Below are positions 49,668 to 60,539 of a stretch of DNA of 64,000 nucleotides, one piece after another (the first letter of the stretch is position 1; each line of letters begins with the position of its first letter). This stretch comes from Candidatus Latescibacterota bacterium (GTDB lineage Bacteria; Latescibacterota; UBA2968): contig OZ242311.1 of NCBI GenBank assembly GCA_965207885.1, positions 4,928,001 through 4,992,000 of the forward strand, written 5' to 3'. The notes below the pieces were generated by a model, which was not told the origin of the DNA, searched no databases, and saw only the letters and a program-made list of their open reading frames with translations. The translations under genes were made by a program, and so were the position numbers.

Positions 49668-51445
49668 TACAATATTTCCAATTCCCGAGCCAGATGCTGG
49701 CGTCGAAACATATCCGCATAAATCCCATCGTACTCAACCAATTCATCGTGTGACCCCTGCTCTACAATGCGCCCCTCATCCAGCACAATAATATGATCGG
49801 CATCTTTCACAGTCGAAATGCGATGGGCAATCAAAATCGTCGTGCGCGAAGCCATAATATCGCGCAAATGTTTGAGAATCTCTTCTTCAGTCCGCGTATC
49901 CACACTGGCCAATGCATCGTCCATAATCAGAATCTGCGGCTCTCGAATCACCGCACGCGCAATAGCTGTGCGCTGTTTTTGTCCCCCCGAAAGCGTGACT
50001 CCGCGCTCTCCCACAATCGTCTCTAACTCATCGGGAAAAAGGTGCAAATCCGGAGCCAATTGCGAAATCTCGGTCGCGCGCGCAACATCGCCCTCTGCCC
50101 GCGTGCCCAAAGCCACATTTTCCCGAATCGTATCCGAAAACAAAAATGCGTCCTGCGGCACATACCCGGTCGCGTCTCGAATGGTCTGAAGCGGTATATC
50201 TTCCACCGGCTTGCCATCGACCAAAACCCGTCCATCATCTGCCTGGATCAACCGGGGGATCAACCGCGCCAGCGTGGATTTTCCCGAACCCACGCGCCCC
50301 ACCACGGCAAGCGTACTCCCCGCTGGAATCCGAAGATTGATATCTTTGAGCACGCGTTGACCATTGTAAGAAAAACTCGCATTGCGAAACTCAATCTCCC
50401 CCGTGATGCCATCTGTTGTACCACCCTCCACATCGGGTTGCGGCGATACTTTCAAAACCTCTTCAATACGCCTCAGCGAAGCCACAGCGCGTTGATACTC
50501 ATCGACAATGCGCCCCAACATCGACATCGGACGACTCATACGCAGCAAATACGCATTGAACGCCACAAATGCCCCCAGGCTCAAACTCCCCTCAATCACC
50601 CGCAGACCGCCCAGCCACAAAATCACAATCATAGAAACACCGCTCAACAAAAACGTGAACGGATAATACAGACTGCGGATCTTAATCAAATGGCGGTTGC
50701 GCGTGACGTATTCCTCATTGAGAATCCCGAAATCCACAATCTCAAGCGGGCGCATGGCAAAGGCTTTGACCATTCGCATACCCGTCAAATTTTCCTGAAT
50801 TTTTGAACTAACGGCGGCAAATTGTTCCTGAACCCGTCGGTAGCCCACGCGCACCTTTTGCCCGACCCACCGCGCACAAAAAGCCATCACGGGCATAGGA
50901 GCCAGCGCCAAAAGAGCCAACTGCCAGTCAATGATGCACATCAAAATGAGACTGAGCACAAAACTCAAAACCGCCTGTAGCGACAGGCGATACGCAAAAT
51001 AGAAAAACCGCTGAATCGCTTCCACATCATTGGTCGCCCGCGCCATTAAATCGCCCACGCGCTGCGCATGAAAAAAACTCAGCGGTAGCCGCACAATATG
51101 CCGCACATAAATCGTGCGAATATCGCGCTCTATAAAACGGGAAGCACTGGCAATAAACCAGCGCATCCCAAAGGACATGCCCCATTGCGCGATACCGAGC
51201 ACGACCATGAGTGCCCCGTACATCTGTAAATCGCCCATCGGGCTGCCCGTGATTGTATCGACCACATCGCCCGTAAGATCCCCGGCATCCAGCCCCGCTT
51301 TAGCCGTATCAATCGCCCATTTCATCAACAACGGAACGAGCGCCTGAACCGCCTGGGTACCCAGCAACAGCACCAATCCCCAGAAAATCTTCCATCGATG
51401 GGGATAGACATACTCCGCAAAGGGTTTAAAAAAGTTAAGCGTCAT
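49667..51445 (-). CDS. ABC exporter, fused permease/ATPase subunit A (degenerate Walker B)
   Basis: GRVGSGKST, LSGGQKQR, IMDD; heterodimer pattern with the adjacent gene. Confidence 0.93.
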   Translation of the reverse strand: MTLNFFKPFAEYVYPHRWKIFWGLVLLLGTQAVQALVPLLMKWAIDTAKAGLDAGDLTGDVVDTITGSPMGDLQMYGALMVVLGIAQWGMSFGMRWFIASASRFIERDIRTIYVRHIVRLPLSFFHAQRVGDLMARATNDVEAIQRFFYFAYRLSLQAVLSFVLSLILMCIIDWQLALLALAPMPVMAFCARWVGQKVRVGYRRVQEQFAAVSSKIQENLTGMRMVKAFAMRPLEIVDFGILNEEYVTRNRHLIKIRSLYYPFTFLLSGVSMIVILWLGGLRVIEGSLSLGAFVAFNAYLLRMSRPMSMLGRIVDEYQRAVASLRRIEEVLKVSPQPDVEGGTTDGITGEIEFRNASFSYNGQRVLKDINLRIPAGSTLAVVGRVGSGKSTLARLIPRLIQADDGRVLVDGKPVEDIPLQTIRDATGYVPQDAFLFSDTIRENVALGTRAEGDVARATEISQLAPDLHLFPDELETIVGERGVTLSGGQKQRTAIARAVIREPQILIMDDALASVDTRTEEEILKHLRDIMASRTTILIAHRISTVKDADHIIVLDEGRIVEQGSHDELVEYDGIYADMFRRQHLARELEIL

Positions 51446-51453
51446 AAAAACCT

Positions 51454-54400
51454 CTACACCATCCCTCTCACCTGCTCCAATTTATCGTACAACCGCTTTG
51501 GCGACACCTTTTGCGCCGTACCGAGTTCCTGTGCAAAAACCGACACCCGAAACTCCTCGACCATCCACCGCAACGCCTGTACTGCATCGCGCTTCGCACC
51601 CGTCAACTCCGAATCCATCAATTCATCCACCGCGTCTTGAAAGGGTTGAACCTGCTCGGCCTTTTGTCGGTCCTTCATCGGATCGAGCATCGCGCGTTCG
51701 GCCCGTATCACAATCGCCTTCAAAAACCGACCCAAATGCAACACCTGATCATAAGGCGTTTGTCGCAAAAAATCCGGCGGCATCAAACGCGCGAGATCGG
51801 CCTCCACCCCGGGATATCCACCGCGCAACAGGCGAATTTCCCGGTGCGTTTCAAACAGCGATTCCATCGCCTGAATCAACTGCGGCGCCAGATGTTGCAA
51901 ATACAAACGCGCCTGTTGAACGCGCAAATCAAAGCGCTGGCGCGTTATGGGAAACGCCGAATCCCGCGTGAACAGATGCGCCATTAAATTTGCGTACGCG
52001 CCCTCGCGCAAAGCCTCGCGTCCCCCCTCAAACTGCTTCAAATCGCCCAAAGACCGCTTCAACGCCCGCATTTCATTCCGCATTTCGCGCTCGCACAACC
52101 GCATCCAACCCGCCTGGGTCTCGCGTTCTGCCTCCTCCGCACGCTTAAACAAACACACATCCACGCGATCTCCCTCGCGCTTCAACCCCACATAGCCAAA
52201 CACCGGCATCCCACCGGCTTGCATCACCTCTATGCGCTCGGGCAATTCACCCAGCGTCTGCCCCGTCACATCTCGGCGCGCCACCTGCTTTTGCGCCCGC
52301 ATCCACGCATCGGATTGCACATCTTCTTCGCGCGCATCTAACTGCTCGCGCAAAACGCGCAAATCCCGCGCAGCCACAATCGCCTGCTCTTTCTCGTCTT
52401 GAACTTCCACGCGCATCTGCAAATGTTCCGGCAAATCGCGCACATTCCAATCGCTTTGAGAAATCTCAATACCGTAATGGCTCAAAATATGGGCAGACAG
52501 CGAATCCAAAAACGCGCCGTGCGTCGGCTGTAACGCCGCAGCAATCTCTCGCGCCTTATCCGGCACGGGGACAAACCGCTTGCGAATACTTTTTGGAAGC
52601 CCGCGCAACAAATGCGTAATCTTCTCTTCCAACAACCCCGGCACCAGCCAGTCCAGCACCTCGGGCTGTACAAAATGCACCATCTTGTACGGCAGTTGTA
52701 ACGTCACGCCATCCCGATCCTGTCCGGGCCGATACGCATAAGAAAGCGGCACCTCTTCGCCATCCACCTCCAAAAAATTGGGAAACGCATCCCGATCAAA
52801 ATCCACCTGCTCGCCCGCCAGATGCTTTTCGGACATCAGCAAAAAATCCGCGCCCTTCCTCTTAATCAGACGATTCAAATCGTGCGTAGAAGACACATTC
52901 TCCAATCGCTCGGCATAAAACCGATACGCAGCCTCGTCCAGATCCAGAAATTGCATCAACCGCTGTTGCATCTGCCAGGTTTCCACGCGCGCGCGCAAAT
53001 CTCGATTCTGAGCTACAAACTCATAAGGCAATGCCACCTCATCATTCACCAGAGCCTCGCGGATAAAAATCTCCGTCGCAGCACTGGCATCTATGCGTCC
53101 ATACCCAACGCGCTTTTGCCCCACCTGCAAACCGTGCAGCGTCAATGTCTCGGTCGCCAGCACCCGACCCGACCGCATACTGTAAAACGGCTCCTTATAC
53201 GATGCCCGGCACAAATGTCCGCCCAACGCCACCAGCCACGACGGCTGTATGCGAGCCACAGTGCGCGCAAACAAACGCGACGTCTCCACCACCTCTGCAG
53301 CCACGACCCAACCGGGCGTACTCTTTTTATCATCCTCCCCTCCCTCTCTCCTTTGAAACAGACCAGACCCGGGAAACAACATCACATCGCGCCCGCGCGC
53401 TGCGCGATACATATTGTCTTCCTTCTTTTGCGCCACATTGCCCAACAACCCACTCACCACCGACCGGTGAATCGCATCGTATCCCGCATCGTCCCGATTC
53501 ATCCGAAAAGCACCCATCTCGCGCAGAGTGTGCCGAATCTGCATGTAAATATCGCGCCATTCGCGCATGCGATTAAAAGACAAAAAATGCTGCTTGCAAA
53601 ATCTTCGCATCTGGCTCTGCGTTCTCAATTTCTCAAACGTATCGTGATACGCCTTCCAGATATTCAGCAACGCGATAAAATCCGACTCTCCATCTACAAA
53701 CCGCTTGTGCTCCTGGTCTGCGGCCTTCTCTTGCTCGAGCGGCCGCACGCGCGGGTCCTGAATGCTGATTGCCGACGCAATAACCAGCACCTCGCGCAAA
53801 GCACGTTCTTTTTGCGCTTGCAAAATCATCCGCGATACCGTCGGCGCAAGCGGCAAACGCGCCATATCGCGTCCCAGCGGCGTCAAACGCTTGCGATCAT
53901 CAATCGCGTCCAGCGCCCTCAACACATTAAATCCCCCCTGAATCGCCTGAGAACGGGGGGGATCAATAAATGGAAACGTCTCGACATCGCCCAGCCGCAG
54001 CGCAATCATCCTCAAAATGACCTCAGCCAAATCCGACCGCTGAATCTCGGGCTGCGTGTACTCTGGCCGCGCGAGAAAACTCTTCTCATCGTACAGGCGA
54101 ATACACACCCCATTTTGCACGCGCCCACACCGCCCTGCCCGCTGCCTGGCACTGCTTTGTGAAATCTCCTCCACCGGCAGCCGATGCGTCTGATTGCGCG
54201 GATTGTGCCGACTGACTCGCGCCAGACCCGTATCGATCACATACCGAATACCTGGAATCGTAATCGACGTCTCCGCAATATTCGTCGCCACCACAATGCG
54301 CCGATACCTCTGCTTGTGAAACACCTTCTGCTGATCGCCCGCTGTCAACCGCCCAAACAGCGGCAAAATTTCTGTAAAGCGGAAATGTCGCCCCTCCAAA

Positions 54401-55359
54401 CGCCTGCGCGTCTCGTGGATATCTTTCTCCGTAGGCATAAAGACCAGAATATCGCCTCGTCCCGCATCAACCACCATATCCACCGCGGTCACCGCCGCAT
54501 CGATATACGTCAGGACATCACTTTCCCCGGCGAGATCTTCTATAGGCAAATATTGCACATCCACCGGATACATCCGCCCGGACACCTCAATAATCGGCGC
54601 ATTGTCAAACGCCTTTGAAAACGTCTCCGTATCAATCGTCGCCGATGTAATCACGATCCGCAACTCGGGGCGGCGCTTTTGCAACAGGCGCAAATACCCC
54701 AGTAAAAAATCGATATTCAAACTGCGCTCGTGCGCCTCATCAATAATAACCGTATCGTACTCATACAAATACGGATCGCCCTGAATCTCCGCGAGCAACA
54801 TCCCATCCGTCACCATCTTGATCCGCGTCTCCGGCGCCGTCTCATCCTTAAACCGAATTTTGCACCCCACCTCGGCACCCCACGCGACATTTAACTCCTC
54901 TGCAATGCGCCGCGATACCGACAGCGCCGCCACGCGCCGGGGTTGAGTACACGCAATTTTCGCCGCTACACCGCGGCCGGCCTCCAAACACATCTTGGGC
55001 AACTGCGTCGTCTTCCCCGATCCCGTCTCACCCGCCACAATCACCACCGGATGTTCTCGAATCGCCCTGACAATCTCATCCTTCCGCGCTGTAATCGGCA
55101 ACGCCTCTGGATACGTCAGGTGTAGCGGATTCTCCTCCCGGTCTTTCCGCAACGCCGCCGACCGCTCCGCCTGCACCTTCAGATTCTTCAACCGTCCCGT
55201 ATCGCGTCGCTTTTGCCGTTGTATTTGCCGCAACTGCCGCGCAATCTCCATGCCGTCTTTGAGCATACACGCGGGCAGCAGCGACCACACTGCCGACATC
55301 AGACTCGGCCGCTTTCTGCGCGATCTGCGTTTTTTTATTTGTTGGTTTTTACTCGCCAT
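51454..55359 (-). CDS. hrpA: ATP-dependent RNA helicase HrpA
   Basis: GETGSGKTTQLP, DEAHERS, SAT, QRAGRCGR, C-terminal EEFRVSVFAQELGT. Confidence 0.95.
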   Translation of the reverse strand: MASKNQQIKKRRSRRKRPSLMSAVWSLLPACMLKDGMEIARQLRQIQRQKRRDTGRLKNLKVQAERSAALRKDREENPLHLTYPEALPITARKDEIVRAIREHPVVIVAGETGSGKTTQLPKMCLEAGRGVAAKIACTQPRRVAALSVSRRIAEELNVAWGAEVGCKIRFKDETAPETRIKMVTDGMLLAEIQGDPYLYEYDTVIIDEAHERSLNIDFLLGYLRLLQKRRPELRIVITSATIDTETFSKAFDNAPIIEVSGRMYPVDVQYLPIEDLAGESDVLTYIDAAVTAVDMVVDAGRGDILVFMPTEKDIHETRRRLEGRHFRFTEILPLFGRLTAGDQQKVFHKQRYRRIVVATNIAETSITIPGIRYVIDTGLARVSRHNPRNQTHRLPVEEISQSSARQRAGRCGRVQNGVCIRLYDEKSFLARPEYTQPEIQRSDLAEVILRMIALRLGDVETFPFIDPPRSQAIQGGFNVLRALDAIDDRKRLTPLGRDMARLPLAPTVSRMILQAQKERALREVLVIASAISIQDPRVRPLEQEKAADQEHKRFVDGESDFIALLNIWKAYHDTFEKLRTQSQMRRFCKQHFLSFNRMREWRDIYMQIRHTLREMGAFRMNRDDAGYDAIHRSVVSGLLGNVAQKKEDNMYRAARGRDVMLFPGSGLFQRREGGEDDKKSTPGWVVAAEVVETSRLFARTVARIQPSWLVALGGHLCRASYKEPFYSMRSGRVLATETLTLHGLQVGQKRVGYGRIDASAATEIFIREALVNDEVALPYEFVAQNRDLRARVETWQMQQRLMQFLDLDEAAYRFYAERLENVSSTHDLNRLIKRKGADFLLMSEKHLAGEQVDFDRDAFPNFLEVDGEEVPLSYAYRPGQDRDGVTLQLPYKMVHFVQPEVLDWLVPGLLEEKITHLLRGLPKSIRKRFVPVPDKAREIAAALQPTHGAFLDSLSAHILSHYGIEISQSDWNVRDLPEHLQMRVEVQDEKEQAIVAARDLRVLREQLDAREEDVQSDAWMRAQKQVARRDVTGQTLGELPERIEVMQAGGMPVFGYVGLKREGDRVDVCLFKRAEEAERETQAGWMRLCEREMRNEMRALKRSLGDLKQFEGGREALREGAYANLMAHLFTRDSAFPITRQRFDLRVQQARLYLQHLAPQLIQAMESLFETHREIRLLRGGYPGVEADLARLMPPDFLRQTPYDQVLHLGRFLKAIVIRAERAMLDPMKDRQKAEQVQPFQDAVDELMDSELTGAKRDAVQALRWMVEEFRVSVFAQELGTAQKVSPKRLYDKLEQVRGMV

Positions 55360-55391
55360 CCTATCCTTCGGTATATCAACGCTGAATCCGC

Positions 55392-56129
55392 TTATAATCC
55401 ATCCCAATACGCCCACATATCATCCGGGGTCTCAAAACGCATCTCGTTATTATCTCTCCGCCGAAATCGACTCACAAATGCCATGCGAATATCCCGCCCA
55501 CAATTTACCCCCGGGCTGTGCAACATCAAATGATGCCAGAACGTCACCGTACCCGGCGGCCCCGTAACATCAACAGGCGTGGGAAGATCGTAATACTCCC
55601 CCTGCGCATTGCGAAATGCATCTAACCCATTCACCAGACTGTGCGTCTTAAAATACTCATAAGCCCGCTTGTGCGCACCCGGCCAGATCGAAAACCCACC
55701 CGAGCGCGGCTTGACGTGATTGATATTCACCGTCACCGCAATCGCAAAAGTATCCACCACGCCTTCACACGTATAGCCATCCAGATGCATCTGCCTGGCC
55801 GGCGTCCAATTGTCGTGTCCCTCGGGATAAATCATCTTGGCGAACGTGTAATTCGACACTGCCAGGGTCCCTTTACCCACCATCTCTTCGCACATATCCT
55901 GAATCGGGGTCTCCGTCAACGTCGCTCGCACATCGGGATGGTTGCTGCATTTCAAATTTCCCTTCGGTCCTGCATTGATCCACGTCTCGGGATCATCGCG
56001 ATCTGCCTCGATCTCCTCCCACAACACATCCACCGCCTTATCGATCAAGTGCATCGGCACGACATCGCTTTTGACAACATACCCTTGCTCTTTGAAATGC
56101 AATTTTTCTTCATCGGTAAAATAAGCCAT
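55392..56129 (-). CDS. PhyH family Fe(II)/2OG dioxygenase
   Basis: F.EQGY, HLDG (HxD), WPGAH, HHLMLH, IRMA. Confidence 0.85.
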   Translation of the reverse strand: MAYFTDEEKLHFKEQGYVVKSDVVPMHLIDKAVDVLWEEIEADRDDPETWINAGPKGNLKCSNHPDVRATLTETPIQDMCEEMVGKGTLAVSNYTFAKMIYPEGHDNWTPARQMHLDGYTCEGVVDTFAIAVTVNINHVKPRSGGFSIWPGAHKRAYEYFKTHSLVNGLDAFRNAQGEYYDLPTPVDVTGPPGTVTFWHHLMLHSPGVNCGRDIRMAFVSRFRRRDNNEMRFETPDDMWAYWDGL

Positions 56130-56426
56130 AACCTTCTCTCCCAGGTGAAGATTGGTAAAAATAGGACAGACAAAATATCGGTCTTTTTGTTAAAAAATCA
56201 AACGCGAAACGAACTGTCGTTTATCCCTCCCATTGCTCAACCTCAAAAGGATTTCCTCATGACATCGCGTTTTACTCCTTCGATAAAGAGAACTTTTTGT
56301 CTCATAACGAGCGACAGATTGAAATATTCTGTCGCATAACAGGCGACAGGGACCCGCCTGTACTGATCGAAAATAAACAGACTTGGCGTGTAATATCAAC
56401 ATGTTAAAAAAAGATAGGTATCTGGC

Positions 56427-57329
56427 ATGTCATTTGCAGATAGACTGCGAAAAACACGCACCCCTAACCCATTCCATACGTGGTCTCACATGCCAGATCA
56501 ACTATTTCTCAGTCCGCTATTCCGCATTCTGCGAACAAAGTATTGCCAGATTGTACTTTTCACACTCCTCCCTTCATCTGCTCACACAGCCTTTGAATTT
56601 CAACCCATTGGTGCCCATACCTCAGGTGCTGGCGATGCGGGCGTGGCACTCGAAACCGGTGCTGCAGGCGCATTTTGGAATCCCGCGGCATTGGCCTGGG
56701 GCAAGCGAATAAGCTTGTTTGGCACGTATGATCGGCCCTTTGGAATAGCCGAACTGGCAACCCATGCGTTCAGTGCTGGCCTGCGGATTGGCCGCCACGG
56801 CCTGGGCGCGAGATATACGGGATTTGGGTTCGCGCTATACAAAGAGCAGGTATTTGGTCTCATTTATGGACTGCGCATATATCCAAAACTGAGCCTGGGA
56901 CTCGGCATACGCGCCTTGCAACTGAGCACAGCGGGAATGCCCACACAACACTGGGTGGTATTCGATGCGGGAATAAAATTGCAGATGCGCGAAAACATCT
57001 TTCTGGGCGCAACAATCTGGAATGCAGGTAGCAGGCACACATCGCTTTTGGGACAGGGTGGCACCGTGGGAATGGGCATTGTCGCCATGCCGCAGGTCGC
57101 GCTGGTGGCAGATATACAGAAAGAAGCGAATTTTCCCACAGGTGCGGGCATTGGGATAATGTATCATATCCACCCCCAACTGGTGCTACGCACAGGTGCA
57201 GGCAGCCGCCCGGAAAGATTGAGCGCGGGGTTTGGCCTGCGAAAAAATGGCTTTGCGATTGACTATGCCGCAGTATGGCATACAGTACTGGGAATCACGC
57301 ACCGCGCTTCGGTAATCTTTGAGTATTAA
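56427..57329 (+). CDS. outer-membrane beta-barrel, PorV/PorQ/FadL-like; true start probably further downstream
   Basis: PIGAH...G.AGVA..AFWNPAALA, amphipathic strands, DYA, LG.THR.S, C-terminal FEY. Confidence 0.7.
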   Translation: MSFADRLRKTRTPNPFHTWSHMPDQLFLSPLFRILRTKYCQIVLFTLLPSSAHTAFEFQPIGAHTSGAGDAGVALETGAAGAFWNPAALAWGKRISLFGTYDRPFGIAELATHAFSAGLRIGRHGLGARYTGFGFALYKEQVFGLIYGLRIYPKLSLGLGIRALQLSTAGMPTQHWVVFDAGIKLQMRENIFLGATIWNAGSRHTSLLGQGGTVGMGIVAMPQVALVADIQKEANFPTGAGIGIMYHIHPQLVLRTGAGSRPERLSAGFGLRKNGFAIDYAAVWHTVLGITHRASVIFEY

Positions 57330-57352
57330 CCCCTATTCTAAGGTATCCGCGC

Positions 57353-57381
57353 TTGACAGGATTTGGGCCTTCGGCTATTTT
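57353..57381 (+). promoter_or_regulatory. sigma70 promoter, probably leaderless mRNA
   Basis: TTGACA-17 bp-TATTTT; ATG 6 nt downstream. Confidence 0.55.
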
Positions 57382-57387
57382 GGGATC

Positions 57388-58128
57388 ATGAATTTGGCCT
57401 CGAAAATTCTGCGCGAAATCGCTCTTTTGAGTGCGTGTGCCATATTTACGGCAATAATCGGATTGATTGTAATAGATCAAATTGCAATGCCGATCTATGT
57501 GCGGCAAGGCGTAGAAGTCGCCGTTCCCGACCTCATCGGGCTTACCCCTTCACAGGCGCAGGCGCAATTGCAAGACAAGGGCCTGCGCATGAAAGAGCGA
57601 GAACCGCGCTGGGATGCTTCTGTGCCTGCAGGACAAATTGTATGGCAAAATCCGTCTGCCCTCTCGCACGTAAAACCCAATCGCACGGTCTATGTTGCGC
57701 CGAGTTTGGGACAGCGTCTCCACGTCGTACCCGATCTTCGCAACCGCCCTCTGCGACAGGCTCAATTGTGGATTACACAGGCGGATTTGACCGTCGGTAA
57801 AATCACCGAAATATCATCTTCAGAAATAAAAGAAGGCAATATTATCGACCACAAACCCAAAGCTGGCGAAAAAGTCGCCCAGGGGACGCAGGTCGAACTG
57901 ATTGTAAGCACGGGTCCGCCTCGCGCATTTGTCAATATGCCCCGGGTTACCGAGCTAAAATTAGACGAAGCCCGGCGTCTGTTATTATCGCTCGGTCTGC
58001 AACCCAATAATATCCGATACGAATTTAGCACTGCTTATGAACCCGACATCGTAATCCGCCAGGAGCCAGAATCGGGCACGCCAATAAAACGCGGGTCTCC
58101 TGTGCTATTGATTGTGAGTAAGCTGTGA
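57388..58128 (+). CDS. membrane-anchored protein with three PASTA domains
   Basis: TM helix followed by VPDLIG, VPDLRN and MPRVT repeats with Q.P..G. Confidence 0.9.
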   Translation: MNLASKILREIALLSACAIFTAIIGLIVIDQIAMPIYVRQGVEVAVPDLIGLTPSQAQAQLQDKGLRMKEREPRWDASVPAGQIVWQNPSALSHVKPNRTVYVAPSLGQRLHVVPDLRNRPLRQAQLWITQADLTVGKITEISSSEIKEGNIIDHKPKAGEKVAQGTQVELIVSTGPPRAFVNMPRVTELKLDEARRLLLSLGLQPNNIRYEFSTAYEPDIVIRQEPESGTPIKRGSPVLLIVSKL

Positions 58129-58149
58129 GAAATTTTATTTGAGGTTAAA

Positions 58150-58806
58150 ATGGTAAAAATCGCCCCATCATTTCTCTCTGCCGATTTCCGCACGCTCGAA
58201 AATCAGGTGCGCCTGGTCGAAGAGGCCGGTGCCGAATATATCCATCTGGATATTATGGACGGGCATTTTGTGCCCAATATCACCTTTGGAGCGCTGGTCG
58301 TCGAAGCCATTCGCAAAACAACAGACCTGGTGCTGGACGTGCATCTCATGATATCTGAACCCGGTAAATATTTGCAAGATTTTGCCGACGCAGGCACAGA
58401 TATTTTGACCGTTCATGTCGAAATCGAAGAAGATGTACCCCCACTGTTGGATCGCATCCGAAAAGCCAATATGAAAGCCGGTGCTACCCTGCGCCCGGGC
58501 ACGGAAATCGAGGCGTTATTTCCTCTGTTACCCAGCCTGGACCTCGCACTCATTATGTCGGTCGAACCTGGCTTTGGTGGCCAGTCATTTATGCCGGCGT
58601 CTCTCGATCGGGTGCGGGCATTAAAAGCCGAAATCGTGCGGCAGGAATTGGACGTCGAAATAGAAATTGACGGTGGCATTGGCGTAGAAAACGCACATCA
58701 GGTGGTCGAAGCGGGCGTACAAGTGCTCGTAGCGGGTTCGGCGGTATTTCGCGACGGGGCCATTGCAAAAAACGTACAGGCCATTCGCCAGGCGGCAATG
58801 GGATAG
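58150..58806 (+). CDS. rpe: ribulose-phosphate 3-epimerase
   Basis: APSFLSADF, HLDIMDGHFVPN, DVHLM, MSVEPGFGGQ, DGG. Confidence 0.97.
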   Translation: MVKIAPSFLSADFRTLENQVRLVEEAGAEYIHLDIMDGHFVPNITFGALVVEAIRKTTDLVLDVHLMISEPGKYLQDFADAGTDILTVHVEIEEDVPPLLDRIRKANMKAGATLRPGTEIEALFPLLPSLDLALIMSVEPGFGGQSFMPASLDRVRALKAEIVRQELDVEIEIDGGIGVENAHQVVEAGVQVLVAGSAVFRDGAIAKNVQAIRQAAMG

Positions 58807-58827
58807 GGATTTTCGTCCGCTTATTTC

Positions 58828-58856
58828 TTGCATAAAATCGGCGAATCTTCTATATT
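58828..58856 (+). promoter_or_regulatory. sigma70 promoter for ffh
   Basis: TTGCAT-17 bp-TATATT. Confidence 0.55.
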
Positions 58857-58891
58857 TCTCCGTCTTGCCCCGCCATTTTTAAGGGTTTTTC

Positions 58892-60217
58892 ATGTTTGAA
58901 ATGTTGACAGAGCGCCTCAATGGCGTATTTAAGCAACTTCGCAGCCGCGGTCGATTGAGCGAGGCGAACATCGACGACGCCATGCGAGAGGTGCGCCGGG
59001 CATTGCTCGAGGCAGATGTCAACTACAAAGTTGCCCGCTCTTTTATTGCGCGGATCAAAGAACGCGCAATAGGTCAGGAAGTGCTCAAAAGCATCACGCC
59101 CGGGCAACAAGTTGTAAAAGTTGTCCACGACGAATTGATCGCGTTGATGGGCAATCAAAATGCCGCATTGCAATTTGCGGAATCGCCACCCTCAGCAATA
59201 ATGATGGTTGGGCTCCAGGGATCGGGCAAAACGACAGCCTCAGCAAAATTGGCCCGACTATTGGCATCGGAAAACAAAAAACCCTTGCTCGTGGCGGCTG
59301 ATATTTATCGTCCCGCAGCAATTGATCAACTTTGCGTACTCGCCGAGCAAGTGGGCGTGCCCGTACACCGGGCGCCAGAAGGCACCGATCCGGTCGATAT
59401 TTGCACGCAAGCGATGGATCGGGCGAAAAATGAAAATCGCGATGTCGTGATACTCGATACAGCGGGTCGGCTACACGTGGATGACGAGCGCATGGATGAG
59501 GTATTTCGCATCCGCGAAGCCGTATCGCCCTCAGAAATTCTGTTTGTGTGCGACGCCATGACCGGGCAAGATGCCGTATCGTCAGCCTCGGCCTTTTACG
59601 AAAAACTCAATTTTTCGGGTGTAGTACTCACGCGCATGGACAGCGACACCCGCGGCGGCGCAGCTTTATCCATCCGCGAGGTTGCCGGCGTCCCGATTAA
59701 ATACATCGGCGTCAGCGAAAAAGTCGATGGCCTGGAAGTATTTCATCCCGACCGCATGGCCTCTCGCATTTTGGGCATGGGCGATGTGGTTACACTGGTG
59801 GAAAAAGCACAGGCGTCCATTGACGATGAACAGGCGAAAAAAGTCGAGCAAAAGCTTCGCTCGGCATCGTTCACATTTGACGATTTCCTCGAGCAAATGG
59901 CGCAAATCAGGCAGATGGGCCCCTTAGATCAACTGATGAAAATGATTCCCGGAGTAAGCAAGTCCATGCCGGACTTGCAGGTGGATGAAAAGGCCTTCAC
60001 GCATATTGAGGCAATCATCTATTCAATGACCCCAGCAGAACGCGACAAACCGCATATTATTAATGGCAGCAGGCGCAAACGCATTGCAAATGGCAGCGGG
60101 CGCAGTATTCAAGATGTCAACAAATTGCTCAAGCAATTCAACATGATGCAAAAAATGATGAAACGCATGTCCCGTATGGAAAAACAGGGCAAAATGGCAA
60201 TTCCGATGTTCGGATAA
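58892..60217 (+). CDS. ffh: signal recognition particle protein
   Basis: [21 protein letters not shown], Met-rich M domain. Confidence 0.98.
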   Translation: MFEMLTERLNGVFKQLRSRGRLSEANIDDAMREVRRALLEADVNYKVARSFIARIKERAIGQEVLKSITPGQQVVKVVHDELIALMGNQNAALQFAESPPSAIMMVGLQGSGKTTASAKLARLLASENKKPLLVAADIYRPAAIDQLCVLAEQVGVPVHRAPEGTDPVDICTQAMDRAKNENRDVVILDTAGRLHVDDERMDEVFRIREAVSPSEILFVCDAMTGQDAVSSASAFYEKLNFSGVVLTRMDSDTRGGAALSIREVAGVPIKYIGVSEKVDGLEVFHPDRMASRILGMGDVVTLVEKAQASIDDEQAKKVEQKLRSASFTFDDFLEQMAQIRQMGPLDQLMKMIPGVSKSMPDLQVDEKAFTHIEAIIYSMTPAERDKPHIINGSRRKRIANGSGRSIQDVNKLLKQFNMMQKMMKRMSRMEKQGKMAIPMFG

Positions 60218-60233
60218 CACAAAGGAGTTTGAT

Positions 60234-60536
60234 TTGGTTCGACTTCGCTTACGTCGTATGGGCGCAAAAAAAGCGCCGTTCTTCCGCGTGGTAGCGGCCG
60301 AGGCCTCCTCACCTCGCGACGGACGGTTCATCGAGGTTTTGGGGCATTATAATCCGACAAAAGATCCCCAGATTATCGAATTAAAAGAAGACCGCATAAG
60401 GTATTGGTTGGGCGTGGGCGCACAGCCCTCCGATACAGTGCGCAGTTTATTTCGCCAAAAGGGTCTGCTCAAACAAGATCAGAATGAAGACGCGCAACCT
60501 GAGGATGCTGAGTCAGACGCCCCATCTGAGGAATGA
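60234..60536 (+). CDS. rpsP: 30S ribosomal protein S16
   Basis: [27 protein letters not shown]. Confidence 0.98.
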   Translation: MVRLRLRRMGAKKAPFFRVVAAEASSPRDGRFIEVLGHYNPTKDPQIIELKEDRIRYWLGVGAQPSDTVRSLFRQKGLLKQDQNEDAQPEDAESDAPSEE

Positions 60537-60539
60537 GTC

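Noticed and set aside
52822-54162. 446-aa plus-strand ORF
   Set aside because: Antisense shadow of hrpA
56383-56410. dif-like site (GGCGTGTAA-TATCAA-CATGTTAAA)
   Set aside because: The arms match the XerC/XerD consensus poorly and the spacing does not fit
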